Of a DNA stretch of 64,000 nucleotides, positions 1 through 13,078 are shown piece after piece. The stretch is from Lophium mytilinum (lineage: Eukaryota). Within the stretch, counting starts at the first letter, position 1. Every line of letters starts with the position of its first letter. A model generated the notes under the pieces. That model made no database searches. It saw only the letters and a list, made by a program, of their open reading frames with translations, and was not told where the DNA came from. The DNA is taken from positions 910,616-974,615 of the forward strand of contig MU004186.1 in the NCBI GenBank assembly GCA_010093605.1, given 5' to 3'. The position numbers and the translations under genes were made by a program.

Positions 1-1814
1 GACTTGTGCGGCGGTTCAGGGGATGGGTGAGTAACTATTTATGTGTTTGAGTGGAGAGATGCTGAGACCTTGTAGATGAGACCGTGGTCAATGGTGCGCA
101 GCTGTTCTTTTTACCGCAGTTTGGCATCGATAACGGCGATGAGAGGTCGACGTGGCTTACGGGGCTTGTTAATGGGGCGCCGTATCTTTGTTGCGCGCTT
201 ATTGGGTGTTGGTTGACTACTCCTTATAAGTAAGTCTACCTCTCCTTGAGTCCTAGAGCAGTGGGATAGGACACTGATTCGGTTGCAGTAATTGGTTCGG
301 TCGCCGAGGTACCATCTTCATCACTTGCCTCTTCAGCGCTATTGCGTGTTTCTGGCAAGGCTTCGTGAATACGTGGTGGCATATGTTCATCGCGCGGTTT
401 GCTCTCGGGTTTGGGATTGGGCCAAAGTCGGCTACTGTTCCTATCTATGCGGTAAGTTTGGCTGCTTTGTGCTTCGATGAGGATTCGTAATTGATGGGCT
501 TTCCAAGGCCGAATGCACACCTCCGCAGATTCGTGGAGCGCTTGTCATGCAATGGCAGATGTGGACTGCCTTTGGTAAGTCACAGTTTGGAAGAGAAGTA
601 GGAATGGTTACGAGCTGACTTTTCCAGGCATCATGTTCGGCTACGTCTCTGACTTAGCTTTCTATTCCGTCCCGGATAAGCACAACATTACCGGCCTGAA
701 CTGGCGTATCATGATGGCCTCTGCCATGCTTCCCGCCGTCATTGTATGCATTTTCGTCTTCTGGGTCCCGGAGTCTCCGCGCTGGTATATGTCGAAAGGC
801 CGCCACGCCTCTGCCTACCAGTCTATGTGCAAGCTCCGCTTCAACAAAGTTCAGGCGGCTCGCGATCTGTTCTATATGTCGGAGCTACTCAAGGCCGAGG
901 AGAGCATGACCATCGGTCAGAGTAAGATTAGGGAGTTGTATACTGTTCCGAGGAATCGACGTGCGATGATTGCATCCGAGATCGTTATGTTCATGCAGCA
1001 GGTGAGTTTGAGAATCTCCCCTAACTTCCCCCAAACCGCTTTTTCTCCAAATCCTCAACACTCCGCAACAAGCAGCCTACGCTAACACCTTAATAAGTTC
1101 TGCGGGGTTAACGTCATAGCATACTACTCTTCATCCATATTCGTCGAATCCGGCTTCAGCGAACAATCCGCTCTCGGCGCCTCCCTCGGCTGGGGCGTAA
1201 TCAACTTCCTCTTCGCCATCCCGGCCATCTACACCATCGACACCTTCGGCCGGCGCAATCTCCTCCTAACCACCTTCCCCCTCATGTCGCTCTGCCTCCT
1301 CTTCACCGGCTTCTCCTTCTACATCCCCACCAGCTCCAAAGCCCACATCGGCTGCATCGCGCTCGGCCTCTACCTCTTCGGCATCGTCTACTCCCCCGGC
1401 GAAGGCCCCGTCCCCTTCACCTACTCGGCCGAAGCCTACCCGCTCTACATCCGCACCATCGGCATGTCCCTCGCAACAGCCACAACGTGGTTCTTCAATT
1501 TCATCCTGTCCATCACGTGGCCGTCGCTGCTCAAGGCGTTCAAGCCGCAGGGCGCGTTCGGGTGGTACGCTGCCTGGAATCTGGTCGGCTGGGTGCTGGT
1601 CCTGCTCTTCATGCCTGAAACCAAGGGCAAGACGCTCGAGGAGCTGGATCAGGTCTTCAGCGTGCCGACGCATGTGCATGCGGCGTATGGGCTGCGGCAG
1701 GTGCCGTATTTCGTTAATCGGTACGTGTTGTGGCGGAGGGTGGAGCCCGAGAGGCTATATGAGAGGGAGGCGTATGATGAGAATGCTGTCGAGCCGGAGA
1801 CGAATGTGGTGTAA
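1..1814 (+). CDS. MFS sugar/polyol (myo-inositol-type) transporter, 5'-truncated by window edge, multi-exon
   Basis: Spliced translation gives CAAVQGMDETVVNGAQ, NWFGRRG, PESPRW, IDTFGRR and PETKGKTLEELD sugar-porter motifs. GT-AG introns start at 27, 230, 452, 575 and 1002. Stop TAA at 1812-1814. Confidence 0.93.
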
Positions 1815-2638
1815 ATTGTGAGGAGGGAATCGAGGTAATACGTGAAGAAGAAATAGGAGGGAAGGGCTGATAATGCGATGTTCGAAAGCCAGATTGAAAT
1901 AGTTTGGTGAGAGGGACGGTTGGAACGCTTTCTTTGATACCCAGTTCCTTCATTTGGTACTCAGATCTGGTGGGAACTTTCCTTGTATGATTGTTTTGCT
2001 TTCGGGAGTTTTCGAAGCGGGATGGCTTGAAGGGGGCGGTTGGTATGAGTAGAAGTAATCAATGAATAGCCTTCCTCAGAGCTGTTATGTGCCTTCGCGA
2101 ACGGGGAACAGTCTAGGGAGCGGGTCCCGAAAGTAGGACATCGTAGATCATGTGGTCTAGACCTTTGACCACGAATATTCCCTTCCGCTCTATGATGTAA
2201 GTGCCCTTGAGACTGTGCATTACACCTCCTACGAACATACCTCTAGATAGTTGTGTGTCATGCTACTTACACATTACACACGTGACCGTTGCGAAGCATC
2301 AATTTACATGGAAATCAACTTCAGATACGACATCTGAATAAGACAGTACCGAACAGCTACGGTCGATTGAGTTCTCACTCTTCACTCCTATAGTTCTCAC
2401 TGCTCACCAATCACAGCAGCATCGTGGATTACGCTTAAGCGAGCAACGCAAAGGATCTATTCTAGGTCTACGAATGCTCCGTCTAAAGCCTGTTCGAGCC
2501 TAACGCTCATGCAATGCCATGATATCAGAAGGATGTCATTTTAGGTCCTAGGGAGAGGAAACCGCTGCACGAGAGAACGCCGCGCAACTTGGGTTAAGAA
2601 AATACGAAACCGACCAGGGAAGCATCTTCATGACTTTT

Positions 2639-5600
2639 CTAATCGTCGTGATCAAAGGGGCTGTTGTTGCTGAAGTAGCCGCCAGATCCGTTCTTTTTAT
2701 CGCCCCCATTCGTCTCTCCGTCAACGTGACCGTCGAGCATAGTTTCAAGCTCATCGGGTTGAACTCCTCCAGAGTCCTTGGTCTTCAGCCGCTCTAGCTG
2801 ATCGCTCACATATGTATGGATATGCTCGTCCATTTCTTTCTTGTACTTCAAGTCCTCCGCGTCGGGAATGCCTATGGAATTGGAGCGGTTCTTTTGAATA
2901 GGTGATTGGGCTTCGTCATCACCGTTGGTCGAAGTCTCACCCCAGTCGCTACGCATCCCGATGGAGCGTGTAGTCGAGGAGCGACGAAGATAATGCGGCT
3001 TCTTGGGCTTGCCTTTTGTCGTCCAGACATCATCGAAGTAGTGGGATGCCGCTGTAGTTGGTGTACGGGGTGTTTGGGGAAGTCGGCAAGTGTTGCTGCC
3101 GGATACGTTAGCATATACATTCAAGAAAGAACCGAGTTTCGCGACTTACCCAGAGTCATGAATCATCTTTGCAACCAACCCCGTCCATCCACACTGATGA
3201 CTCGCGCCAAGACCACGACCAGTATCTCCGTCGAAGAACTCATGGAACCACAGGTAGTCTTTCCAGTGCGGGTCGTAGTCGAGCATGTCGTTGCGGTCGT
3301 TGATGGCCCGCCGTCCATCGTCACCCCGAGCGAACAGATGCTGGAGACGATGCTGAAGCTCCTCAGCAACGTGCCCGAGGTGCATATAGTCTCCAGACCC
3401 AGTTGGGCATTCAACCTGGAAGTCCTTGCCATAGAACATGTAGAACCGCTGAAGCGATTCAATGAGCAGGAAATTGACCGCAATCCAGATAGGACCACGC
3501 CAATTGCTGTTTCCTCCAAACAGCCCGCTGTCCGAGTCACCAGAGATGTAGCTGACTTGGAACTTCTGGCCATTTACGTCCATCGAATAAGGGTGATCCT
3601 CGTGGTACTTAGACAGCGATCGGATACCGTGATCAGCAAGGAACTCTGATTCGTCAAGCATCTTGGTCAAGATGGCGCGTAATCGGTCTTCGTTGACGAG
3701 AGACAGGAGCATTCGGTCATCCTTGCCACGGCGTTTCATGGATGCGATGTTCCTGGTAGCCGTCTCGCTCCGATGTTCGACAAACCAGTCCAGTCGCTTT
3801 TTGAATGAAGGAAATTTCCTGATAATTTCAGGTTCGAGGGTGAGAGTGGCGTAGAGGGGAATGAGTCCAACAAGCGACCGAACAGGCATTTGGTGGCTCC
3901 ATGGTCCACCCCAAGAGATGGCATCGTAGTAGAACCCGTCTTGCTCATTCCAAAGGGGCTTCTCTTCTCCGCCAGATCGGTATTGCATTGCATCGCTGAT
4001 CAGCAGGAAATGCTCGAAGAATTTGGACGCAATGTCTTCGTAGATCCGACGATGCTTGGCAAGTTCGAGGGCCATGTTGAGCATGTTGAGGCAGAAGAAG
4101 CCCATCCAGCCGGTGCTGTCTGCTTGCTCGAGGACACCTCCCGTGGGAAGCGGTTCAGAACGATTGAATACACCAATGTTGTCGAGGCCTAAGAAGCCAC
4201 CTTCGAAGACGTTATTTCCGTCCGCGTCCTTCCGGTTCACCCACCATGTGAAGTTCAGAAGGAGCTTCTGGAAGACGCGCTCGAGGAAGTCAAGATCTTC
4301 GCGTCCATACATCTTGCGCTCTATCTTGAAGACTCTGAAGACAGACCAGGCATGAACGGGAGGATTTACGTCTCCAAAGTTCCACTCGTAAGCTGGCAGT
4401 TGTCCATTAGGATGCATATACCACTCTCGGGTGAAAATATCCAGCTGCTTCTTCGCGAAGTCTGGGTCGATCATGGCTAGTGGAATGCAGTGGAAGGCGC
4501 TGTCCCAAGCCGCAAAGAAGGGGTACTCCCAGGAATCTGGCATAGACAGGATGTCATCCAAATGCATATGCTTCCACTCCTTGTTGCGGATGGTCTTTCG
4601 GCCTGGTGGTGGAGGCGGCATTCCAGGATCGCCATTGGCCCATTGGTCCCAGACGAAGTGGTAGTACTGTTTGCACCAGAGCATGCCGGAGAGTGCTTGA
4701 CGCTGGATGTTGCGAAGGTCATCCGCCATGGGAAGAGGGCTAATACGATAGTAGAAGTCGTCAGCTTCAGCACGTCGCTGCTCCATGATGTCGTCGAAAA
4801 GCTCCTCGTCGAGGAAACCTTCATATCTCTTGCCAACCCTGAAACGGACAACAGCGCATTCTCCAGGAGCGACACCCTCGCCTTCGTCGAAAGCATACCA
4901 AGCAGCCATCTTCGTGCCAGTGTTCTTAGGGTTCACTGCGTCCAGCTGCTCGTCGACAATGCGCTTATGTATCCCATCTTTCACGTATGGTGTCTTGTTG
5001 GTTCCTCCCCAGATCTCTTTGTAGTTTGTTTCGTTATCGGTGTAGAGCTGAGTGGGCTGGACATCGTTCCCGCTAGGCCCAGTACCCGGGGATGGAGACA
5101 GCTGAACGTAGCGCTCACCCAGTTTGTGATGTTTCGAGTGTGCTGTCGTGGGAGCAATTTTTCGGATGGAAGGCTTCTTCTTGAGGTCTTCGCGTCCCCA
5201 AGCCCAAGTATTCCGGAACCACACGTGGGGAACGATATGGAGAGGAGCTGGCTCTGGACCGCGGTTGTAGGCTGTTACTCGGAACAGAAGCTCTTCAGCG
5301 TTGTCGGCCTCTTTCGCAGTCTCGATGAAGATGTCCCAGTACCTGCCGTCATCAAAGATTCCAGTATCGACGACGTTGTATTCGTTCTCCTGCTTGGATC
5401 GTTTGGCATTCTCCTTGATGAGATCTTCGTAGGGAAATTTTCGCTGAGGGTATTTGTAGAGGTATTTCATGTACGAGTGCTGTAGGCCGTAAGCACAAGT
5501 AAATCAAAACGTGACAAGACAATCATACCGTGGGGGTGTTGTCCAAATGGAAATGAGCTTCCTTGATGGATTCGCCATGGTTTCCCTGTGGATTGGACAA

Positions 5601-6121
5601 GCCGAATAGCCTCTCCTTGAGGAAGTCACTGTCGCAAAGTTAGTAATTGTGCCAAGAGCTTCAGAAGATTGGGGCATACTCTTTCTCGTTCCAGAATGAG
5701 AAGGCAATGTTTTGCAGGCCGTGAGAATCCGAGACGCCGGCAATACCGTCTTCGCCCCACCTAAAGGCCCTGGAGCGTGCCATGTCATGGGTGAAATCTA
5801 AACCACGGTTAACTAGGCCCCTCAATAGATTTAGGAAAGACTACTTACGGCTCCATGCATCTCCATCATGGCTGCGAGAGAGAAGGGTTAGCCCAGACAA
5901 GCGTAAGCGGTCAGTAAGCATGGTGACTTACGAGTAGTCCTCTCTCACTGTACACCGTTAGCTAGGCATTCAGTCATATGGATTGAAGCAAGCTTACCAG
6001 TTGCCCACTGCCTCTCTGCAACGTACGAACCCCATCGCTTCCAGTACTGCTTACGGTCCTTGTCCTCCTTCAGACGCTTCTCCTCCTCGCAGAGGTACTC
6101 CTGATTAGACACGAGAACCAT
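2639..6121 (-). CDS. Glycoside hydrolase family 63-like protein (yeast YMR196W-type), multi-exon
   Basis: ATG at 6121 ([26 protein letters not shown]). Micro-exons restore [22 protein letters not shown]. The long exon has [24 protein letters not shown] and [10 protein letters not shown] motifs. The last exon ends at 2639. Confidence 0.92.
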
Positions 6122-6942
6122 CTCGAACGCGGGGGGCAAAAGCTTGCCTCAAGTGAGGGTGAGTGGATGGGAGCAGTACCAGCGGAGCTGAGAGTTGTTG
6201 TGGTGGGGAAATGGGCAGCAACAAAGAGTTGAAAAGTAAACGACACAAACGGGGGCAGCTACAGCGTGTGGAAGCTCGGGAAAATGAATGGCAAGGCTAA
6301 AGTGGGTGATCTGGGTGGATTGGAGGGAGATGAGGGCGCGTTGGCGGTGGTGGAGGAGCAGAAGGCGAGGGGGGCGCGGCGGAGGTTTTGTTAGCTAGCA
6401 TGGCGCGGGCTCACGATGCAGGAACTGGTCGCGGTGTCATATGTCAGTGCTTTCCTTATCGGCGGACGCAACAGATTCAGCGCAGGCGGCACACAGACTT
6501 ATTTTGGGCCTGGAAGGCGGAACCGTTACAGCAGATCAACGTGCGGGAGGCTCGCCTCAACACGCGGCTGGAACGTGGGCCATTGTGCTACAACGATATC
6601 CATTTCTACTGTATCAAGAAGGCGAGTTTGAAGTTTTTTTGCGCTTCACCATCCGCGGATGCCATGGCGTGCAGCTCGAGACGGGCCGGTCTCAACGACA
6701 CCGAGACCGGTGCAAGCTTCGGCCCACGGTGCCACCACGCTGGAGTGCTGGGAACCTGTGAGGCGTTCCGAGCGCCATGCCGTCATTGGCCTGAGCACTC
6801 AACACCACGGCCTGTGCCATCCTGCGCCATCCACTCACCGCTCCCGCTTTTATGCAGCCCGTTGTCGCCTTGGCATGGGCTTATGCGCCGCATCGGGATC
6901 GATCTCAACACTATGCATTGTCTCCATAGATGCGACCATCCT

Positions 6943-8009
6943 CTACCCTTCCACCGTGTCGAGGCTGCCTTTGCCTACTGTCGAAGGCGCTGCATCAGGG
7001 CCCTTTTGCTGCCGCAGCTTCTCTTCGAACTTGGCAAATTCAGCCATGGCAATCTCCTCTTCCTGGTCTAATACCTGCTGCACCCCCTGCACTTCCTCAA
7101 TGTAATGCCTGCAGCCGCTATTAGTTTCCGACACGGCAGGGGGTTTAGCACGAACAACTTACATTAGCATGCTTTCAATGCCGTTCTTGAGCGTGACTGT
7201 ACTCGAATCGCATGTACGGCAAGCTCCGCGCAATTTCAGCAGCACCTGTCCATCGTGAAAGCCCCGAAACTCAATATCACCGCCGTCTTCCTGGATCGCA
7301 GGCCGGATTCTAGTCTCGAGGAGCTCTTTGATCATTCCCACCACCTCGCTGTCGTTCTCGTCGTACGCTAGGCTGTCCACCTCGGTACCTCCCTGCCCGC
7401 TTTCTCCCGCCCTGTCTTCCACTGTGTTGACAATCTGCTGTCCGGAGAGCATGAACTCGTTGATAAGGCTGAACACCTCCGGCTTGACGTGGGCCCATGG
7501 CGTAGCGCTATCTTTAGACACCGTGATGTAGTCCGTGGCGAGGAAGACAGAGGTAACACCGTCTACGTTTAGGAGTTGTGCGGCGAGAGGAGATGGATGT
7601 GGCGGCGCAAGCGTTGATCGAGGTGAGAGATACTCTAGGAATGCCGACGAAATCGACTCGGGTAGCACGCGGCTGTTGGGGTTGAACTTGAGTGCCTACA
7701 CGGTGTGTTAGTATTGCAATCGCCTTGCTTGCTGGGAAACCATACATCAGGATTGGGAGTCTCTTCTGTCTGTATGAACATAGTCCTCCGGCCACTGGCA
7801 GCGGCCGGTGTGTAGCTGGAGGTCGCCCATCGTTGAGTGGTTGGTCTATGGCGTGTGGAGGATGATGTTATCGATGGCGCAGTGGAAATCTGGTGTAGGC
7901 ATCTTGTTGAAGCTGCTGTGGCAAGCTTGCTACTTCTCCGGGACGTTACTGACGGCACCGCGCGAGACAAGTATCTCACGGCGGATCGCGGAGCGGCGAG
8001 GGAGGCCAT
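6943..8009 (-). CDS. NFU1: Mitochondrial NifU-like Fe-S cluster carrier, 3 exons
   Basis: Arg/Ser-rich presequence, MFIQTEETPNPD, and NifU domain IRPAIQEDGGDIEF..LRGACRTCDSSTVTLKNGIESML. Confidence 0.95.
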
Positions 8010-10813
8010 TGTAGGGTCGCGAGGTATTTACAGTGTGGTTTTCAAGATACAAATGTAGGTGATCTTGAAGACGAGAGGTGTAGTCGTGAGGGTTGCGGCA
8101 TTGGAAATCTCCATTATGACGTTTTTGCATTACTCAGCTAAGCCGAGGTCACGGGAATTCTCTTCACCATCCCTGCCATTCACTTTCAGCATATCGAGCC
8201 GAGAAAAGTATCTTGTCCTCATCAATCATATTCCATTGGCCGCTCGACATGAGTAGATTGCTCGTATTGGATGTCCTCCCTGCTGACACCTCATTCTGTG
8301 CGAGTGGTGTGAGGACGCCCAGATGCCAGTCAAGCACATTGACGTCCTAGAAACCCTCAATATTTCATGTGAGTTGAGAGGCGAGGACAGACTGGCGGAT
8401 CTGAGAGACTCAGAGATTCCATACCATACCAGAACACATCCCACCAGACCAAGTGGCACCAGCATTGTGCAGAATAGCTGAATATACGGAAGCATCTCGG
8501 GTCTTCCCCCCCCCACAACGCCAAAGGGTTAGCTTTGCGTATATCCATTACAGATCACGGCCGATATTTGATCATTCTCTTCATCAGTCATCCGCGATCT
8601 CATTCACAAAATCAATTTCTCAACGTCGTGACCAAGCGAAATTCGACTAGACTGGCTTCTGTCTATGTTTCTCAATCCCTTCAACGTACACCTAATTCTG
8701 GGGCTCGATTTAGCGTGCCATAGACCATTCATTCTACAGCAGCCCCAATTCATAACCATTATTTATATCCAATAGCTAGAGGTTCAAGTCGCCCTTGATC
8801 CCTCCATCTAATCCTCCACCACCCAATTCACAGGCCCATGCCTCTCCTCCGCCTTCCAGCCACCTAAAGCACTTCAATACATTCTAGCGTCAACTCACAT
8901 CATAGTAGCGGTATATTTCTTTACATATATCCTCTACGATGTACACACGTTAATACCCTCCATTACCGCTTCTTAAACCCAACCCTCACTTCCTCAATAT
9001 CTCAACCCTCACCACCTCTCCAGTATGCTTTTCTCCAAGCTCTAGCCGCTGAGCCCCATATCCTCCCCCCACCGCTGCTACTCATCACCACACGCATCAT
9101 TGCCCTCTCCCTCTCGTCCACTTCCTCCATCGATTTCAGCTTGTACGATTTTGAACAACCACTCCTCACGCTCCACCCATGGGGGGTATGTGGTGATGCT
9201 TTTTGATCCACCACTCCCCACCCCCCACCCATTTCGCTTCTCTCCATATGTTGTTGATCCACCACCACCGCACTCCCCCCATGCCATCGATCCCAGAAGG
9301 ATGTTGATCCCACAGCCAACCCCAACTCCCATCACAATCCGAGTATCGGTGTTTTGCTCACGACGCACCCATGGCGAGATACTTTTCCCGAAGTTGATCC
9401 AACCCGTACCCCACACCACTGAAGAAAGAAAAGAACGTCGGGAGGAGGATTGTTTTATGGTAGAAAAGAAGGGATGTTAGTCAGCGGGCCGTGATTGCGC
9501 ACGTGAAGTATAGGGAGTCGTGTGACTGCCTGGCTCCTAGTGCGACCAGAGGGGATGTTCGACGAGAGTGGGTAAGGGGACGAGGAGACGGCGTGTCACT
9601 GTAACATTGGAGTGAATGTAGCCGAGTGACTGGGTAAACCCCTAGGAACAAGTGCGTAGAGAGCCGCTGCTTCCCAATCCCCGTCGTCGCCCAACCCAGA
9701 TACCCTGGTAGCAGAAAGCGATGCTGAGCAATCCAACATAGAATAGATATCATAGCCACCGTTAGACGAAGCTACACACCACACACCATATCACACCCCA
9801 AAAACACCATTCATGAACTTTTCAAATATTGAATTATCATTCCTACTTCCCCCTCCCCTCTTCATCCCCTCACCCCCCAAAACAACCCTACCCACACCAC
9901 TCCCACGTGGCAAAATTACACAACTCCACCTCCCCCAAAACCCAATACTCATTCCTCCCCCTCCCCCAAAGAAAAGATAACTTCCATCCTTAACATCCCG
10001 AGCACCTAAAAATTCTATGATATTCCCCTGCCAGCAGCCGTCAAAATAAAAAAGTGGGAAGTACTTTCTCGTACACAGCCCAGCCAACCGTCCCAAAGCC
10101 ACGCGGCCGCGCACCGAATGGAAAAAGACCAACAAAAAAAAACGCAAAATCTGGATCGAAGAGGGGTCTGAGCCTGCCATGACAACGAAGGGAAGAAGAG
10201 GAGAGGGCCAAAAGCAAAGGCGACCCGCTGAAGAAGAAGAAGAATCCATGGTGTGTGGGTGTAAATGTACATGCAAGAATGCTGAGTGCGATGAGACTGG
10301 TATACACAGGCATCCCGGAGGAGACGTGGTTCGTTCTAGGGTGGTGGTGGTGGTGGACGGATGAACTCGCGTGCGCCTCCGGTGGATGGATAGGATCGGA
10401 GAAACCGCTCCTTTTTGGATGATGGACCTCGAAAGAAGACGGGGTTTAGGGATTAAGAGATGGCTTGGCTGGTGGTTTATTGTTCGAATGGACGCGAACA
10501 ACCAGTAGGCACCGGGTTGATAACCAAAGGGTAGCCTCCAACACAGCAATAGGTGCAAGTTGGTAAAGGTGAGAAAAAAAAAGCGCCGACTGACTCCGGA
10601 GTGATGCAGGGTGTGGAAAATGCTCGAATGCGTGTATGAACGCCTTAGGGACTCCGGTTCTTGATCTATGAAATACGCAGATGTTTGCGCTCCGATGGTA
10701 GGATGTTTGCAAAATAATCGTTGCCGTGGCCACATTATAGAGAGGAAAGCAACTTGATGGGTGAGATAGTCGATGAAATTGGTGGTCGCACAATTGAGAA
10801 GCGCTCTGAGACT

Positions 10814-13078
10814 TTACATCTTGCAGTCGTTCATCAGGGAGTTCTTTGGCCAATCGTACTTTGTTGCTTTCCTAAAAACGGGGTTAGCGAGTATTCATCT
10901 TGTGCGAAACTGGAATGCTTACCATAGAGTTAGATTGGGGTTAGAGTAAGGCTCTGGATGGTCTTCGATATAGCCGGTCGTTTCGTATCCCGGTGGATCG
11001 CACGTCATCAGCTCGTTGCCCTCGTCTTGGTATATGCGGATGTAATCGAGGCGCATAGTCGCGGGGAGCGTAGATCCGATACCAGTCAAGTTGATGGCCG
11101 AGAAACCGTTCGACATGCCGAAATTCACAATGAGGGCCAAAGGTTCCTCCGGGATGACCCTCTTTCCAATGTTCCCGTTCTTGCCAATGGCCCTAGCATC
11201 CATAGTCCAGGTTTCTGCGTCACCGACGTGCCATGTGATGTACCCGTCGTCACCAGTCTTGTAATCGAAGGCGTATTTCTGGTATTCCTTGCCATCGTAC
11301 CAGTCGTTGTTCAAGTGAGTGACAACAGAGATAGCCTGTTGGAACGGCCCTCCTTGGTACGAGTTCAGAGATGTGATAGAGTAATCGTTTATCTGCATGA
11401 AATCTGCGAGATATGTCAGCATTGCTCGTGGAGTGTATGGCAAAAGAAACTCACCTGTGTCCGCTCGATACCAGATGTCAAATGGAGCAGACTGGAAACT
11501 CTGCGACACCATTCCGATCATGTTGGTAGCATCCAGGTTGCCGACAGTGGCTTCAACAGCGTCGATTTCTGGTGCGCTTCGAGACGTGCCTGGGTTTGGA
11601 TGGTCCTCGCCTGCACAGGTGCAAGCCGGTAATCGCATTCCGGGAAGATAGCTGATTCCGTCGGTCGAGCTCTGGTTTGGCGTAATTCCGGCGTCACATA
11701 CATCGTCGTAGCTGTAGGGCCACATGCCGTCGGTTGTTGCAGCGTATCCGGGCCGTCCAAGATTGCCCATTGCCCAGAAACCCGGCCAGAAACCTACAGT
11801 GTCTCCTCGTCCGGGCAGCGATATGCTTGCTTCCATGTGGCCGCCCTTGAAGCACAGCTTGTTCCACGATTGAAGCATGCCAGATCGGTAGTTTAGACCG
11901 TGGTTCTTGAAGGCGTCGAATTGGATGTTGAGATAGCCGTTCTTTGTCGTGACTGCGTCTGGATCGTACCACTATGCAAGGTTAGTATGTGGTCTTGGAC
12001 TCGAGCGTTCCGAATACTGACTTCCAAATCCTGGGTCACTCCGTACCAAATGTCGACTGCCTGGAAGTAAGGATCATCGCCATCGTAGAAGGTTCGCCCG
12101 TCAGTGTTGAATTCGTCAGAGAACTATAGACGTTAGCACGTGTTGGGAGGTAGTTTCGATATGCTAAACTTACAACTAGATTCTGCTTAGTCCCATCATG
12201 GGACTTTCTTGACATGACGGAATCTGGCGTATCAGGATCTACCAGTCCTGTTCGAAGATTCTTCAGAAGCGGGACCTTTGGCACATCTACACATAGGGGA
12301 TTGTATGTGCAAGGCCCGACCGTTGGTGAGGTCAACTTGTGCACGAATGTTCTGTGTCAGAGTTAGCAGGCTACTCGAAGCTGGAAAGGGACAGGTCTCA
12401 GAAGCTAGCTTACAAAATCGGATAGCCTATGAATAGCAAGAGCACTCCTAGCGAGATGAGTACAAGGCCTCCGACGTTGACAATGCCACGTCTCGAGAAG
12501 ACATCGCAGTCTCGTTTTTCCTTCTCGTTCGGGTCTGGATTGTGTAACCAGTCGTCCTTCTCAACGTCTTCCGGGAACAGCAGCAGGCCGGCGGAGGGCA
12601 GGATGTTGTATTTCTCGGAGACGGTCTGTGTGTTGAGCTCATCGTCGCTCCCTGCCCGCGAGGGGGCTCGCGAATCGTCAAATGGTGAGGCGAAGGGGCT
12701 GTGTCGAGAGTCTCGGACGGAAGACTCGGAGCTCCAGCTCGTCCGCCGTGACGACATGCCCGAGGGAGACTGTGGTGCTGGCGACTCGTCTCGGAACCGG
12801 CGTGTCCGCATCTTCTTGGGGGGTAGTAATAGCTCTGCGGAGTCTGCAACGTGTGCAGGCTGGTTGTACAGCTCACTGCCCGACGGGGGCGAGCGCAGGC
12901 CGGACGAGTGGGCGGTGCCGGGGCGGGAGGGTATTAATGAGCGTGAGGAGGACTGGCGCGCGGTGCTGGGACGTTTGTTCTGGAGGTCTTCGACGAGCAT
13001 GTTGTCCGTCGCTGAATTGAGGCGGATGTGAGGAGGAGCATTGCCCCTCGACGGCGGCGAGGCACCGGGCGAGGCCAT
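10814..13078 (-). CDS. KRE6: Beta-1,6-glucan synthesis protein KRE6/SKN1 (GH16), multi-exon
   Basis: Ser-rich cytosolic N-terminus, EKDDWLHNPD, one TM helix, YRSGMLQSWNKLCF and RSAPEIDAVEA GH16 motif. The terminal exon encodes KATKYDWPKNSLMNDCKM* (stop 10814-10816). Confidence 0.95.

Noticed and set aside
2906..5485. Long + strand ORFs (247 aa, 331 aa) over the GH63 gene
   Set aside because: Antisense shadows of a codon-biased real gene; no motifs.
9791..10735. 314-aa minus-strand ORF
   Set aside because: Low-complexity, UTR-like composition just downstream of KRE6; no recognisable domain or splice logic.
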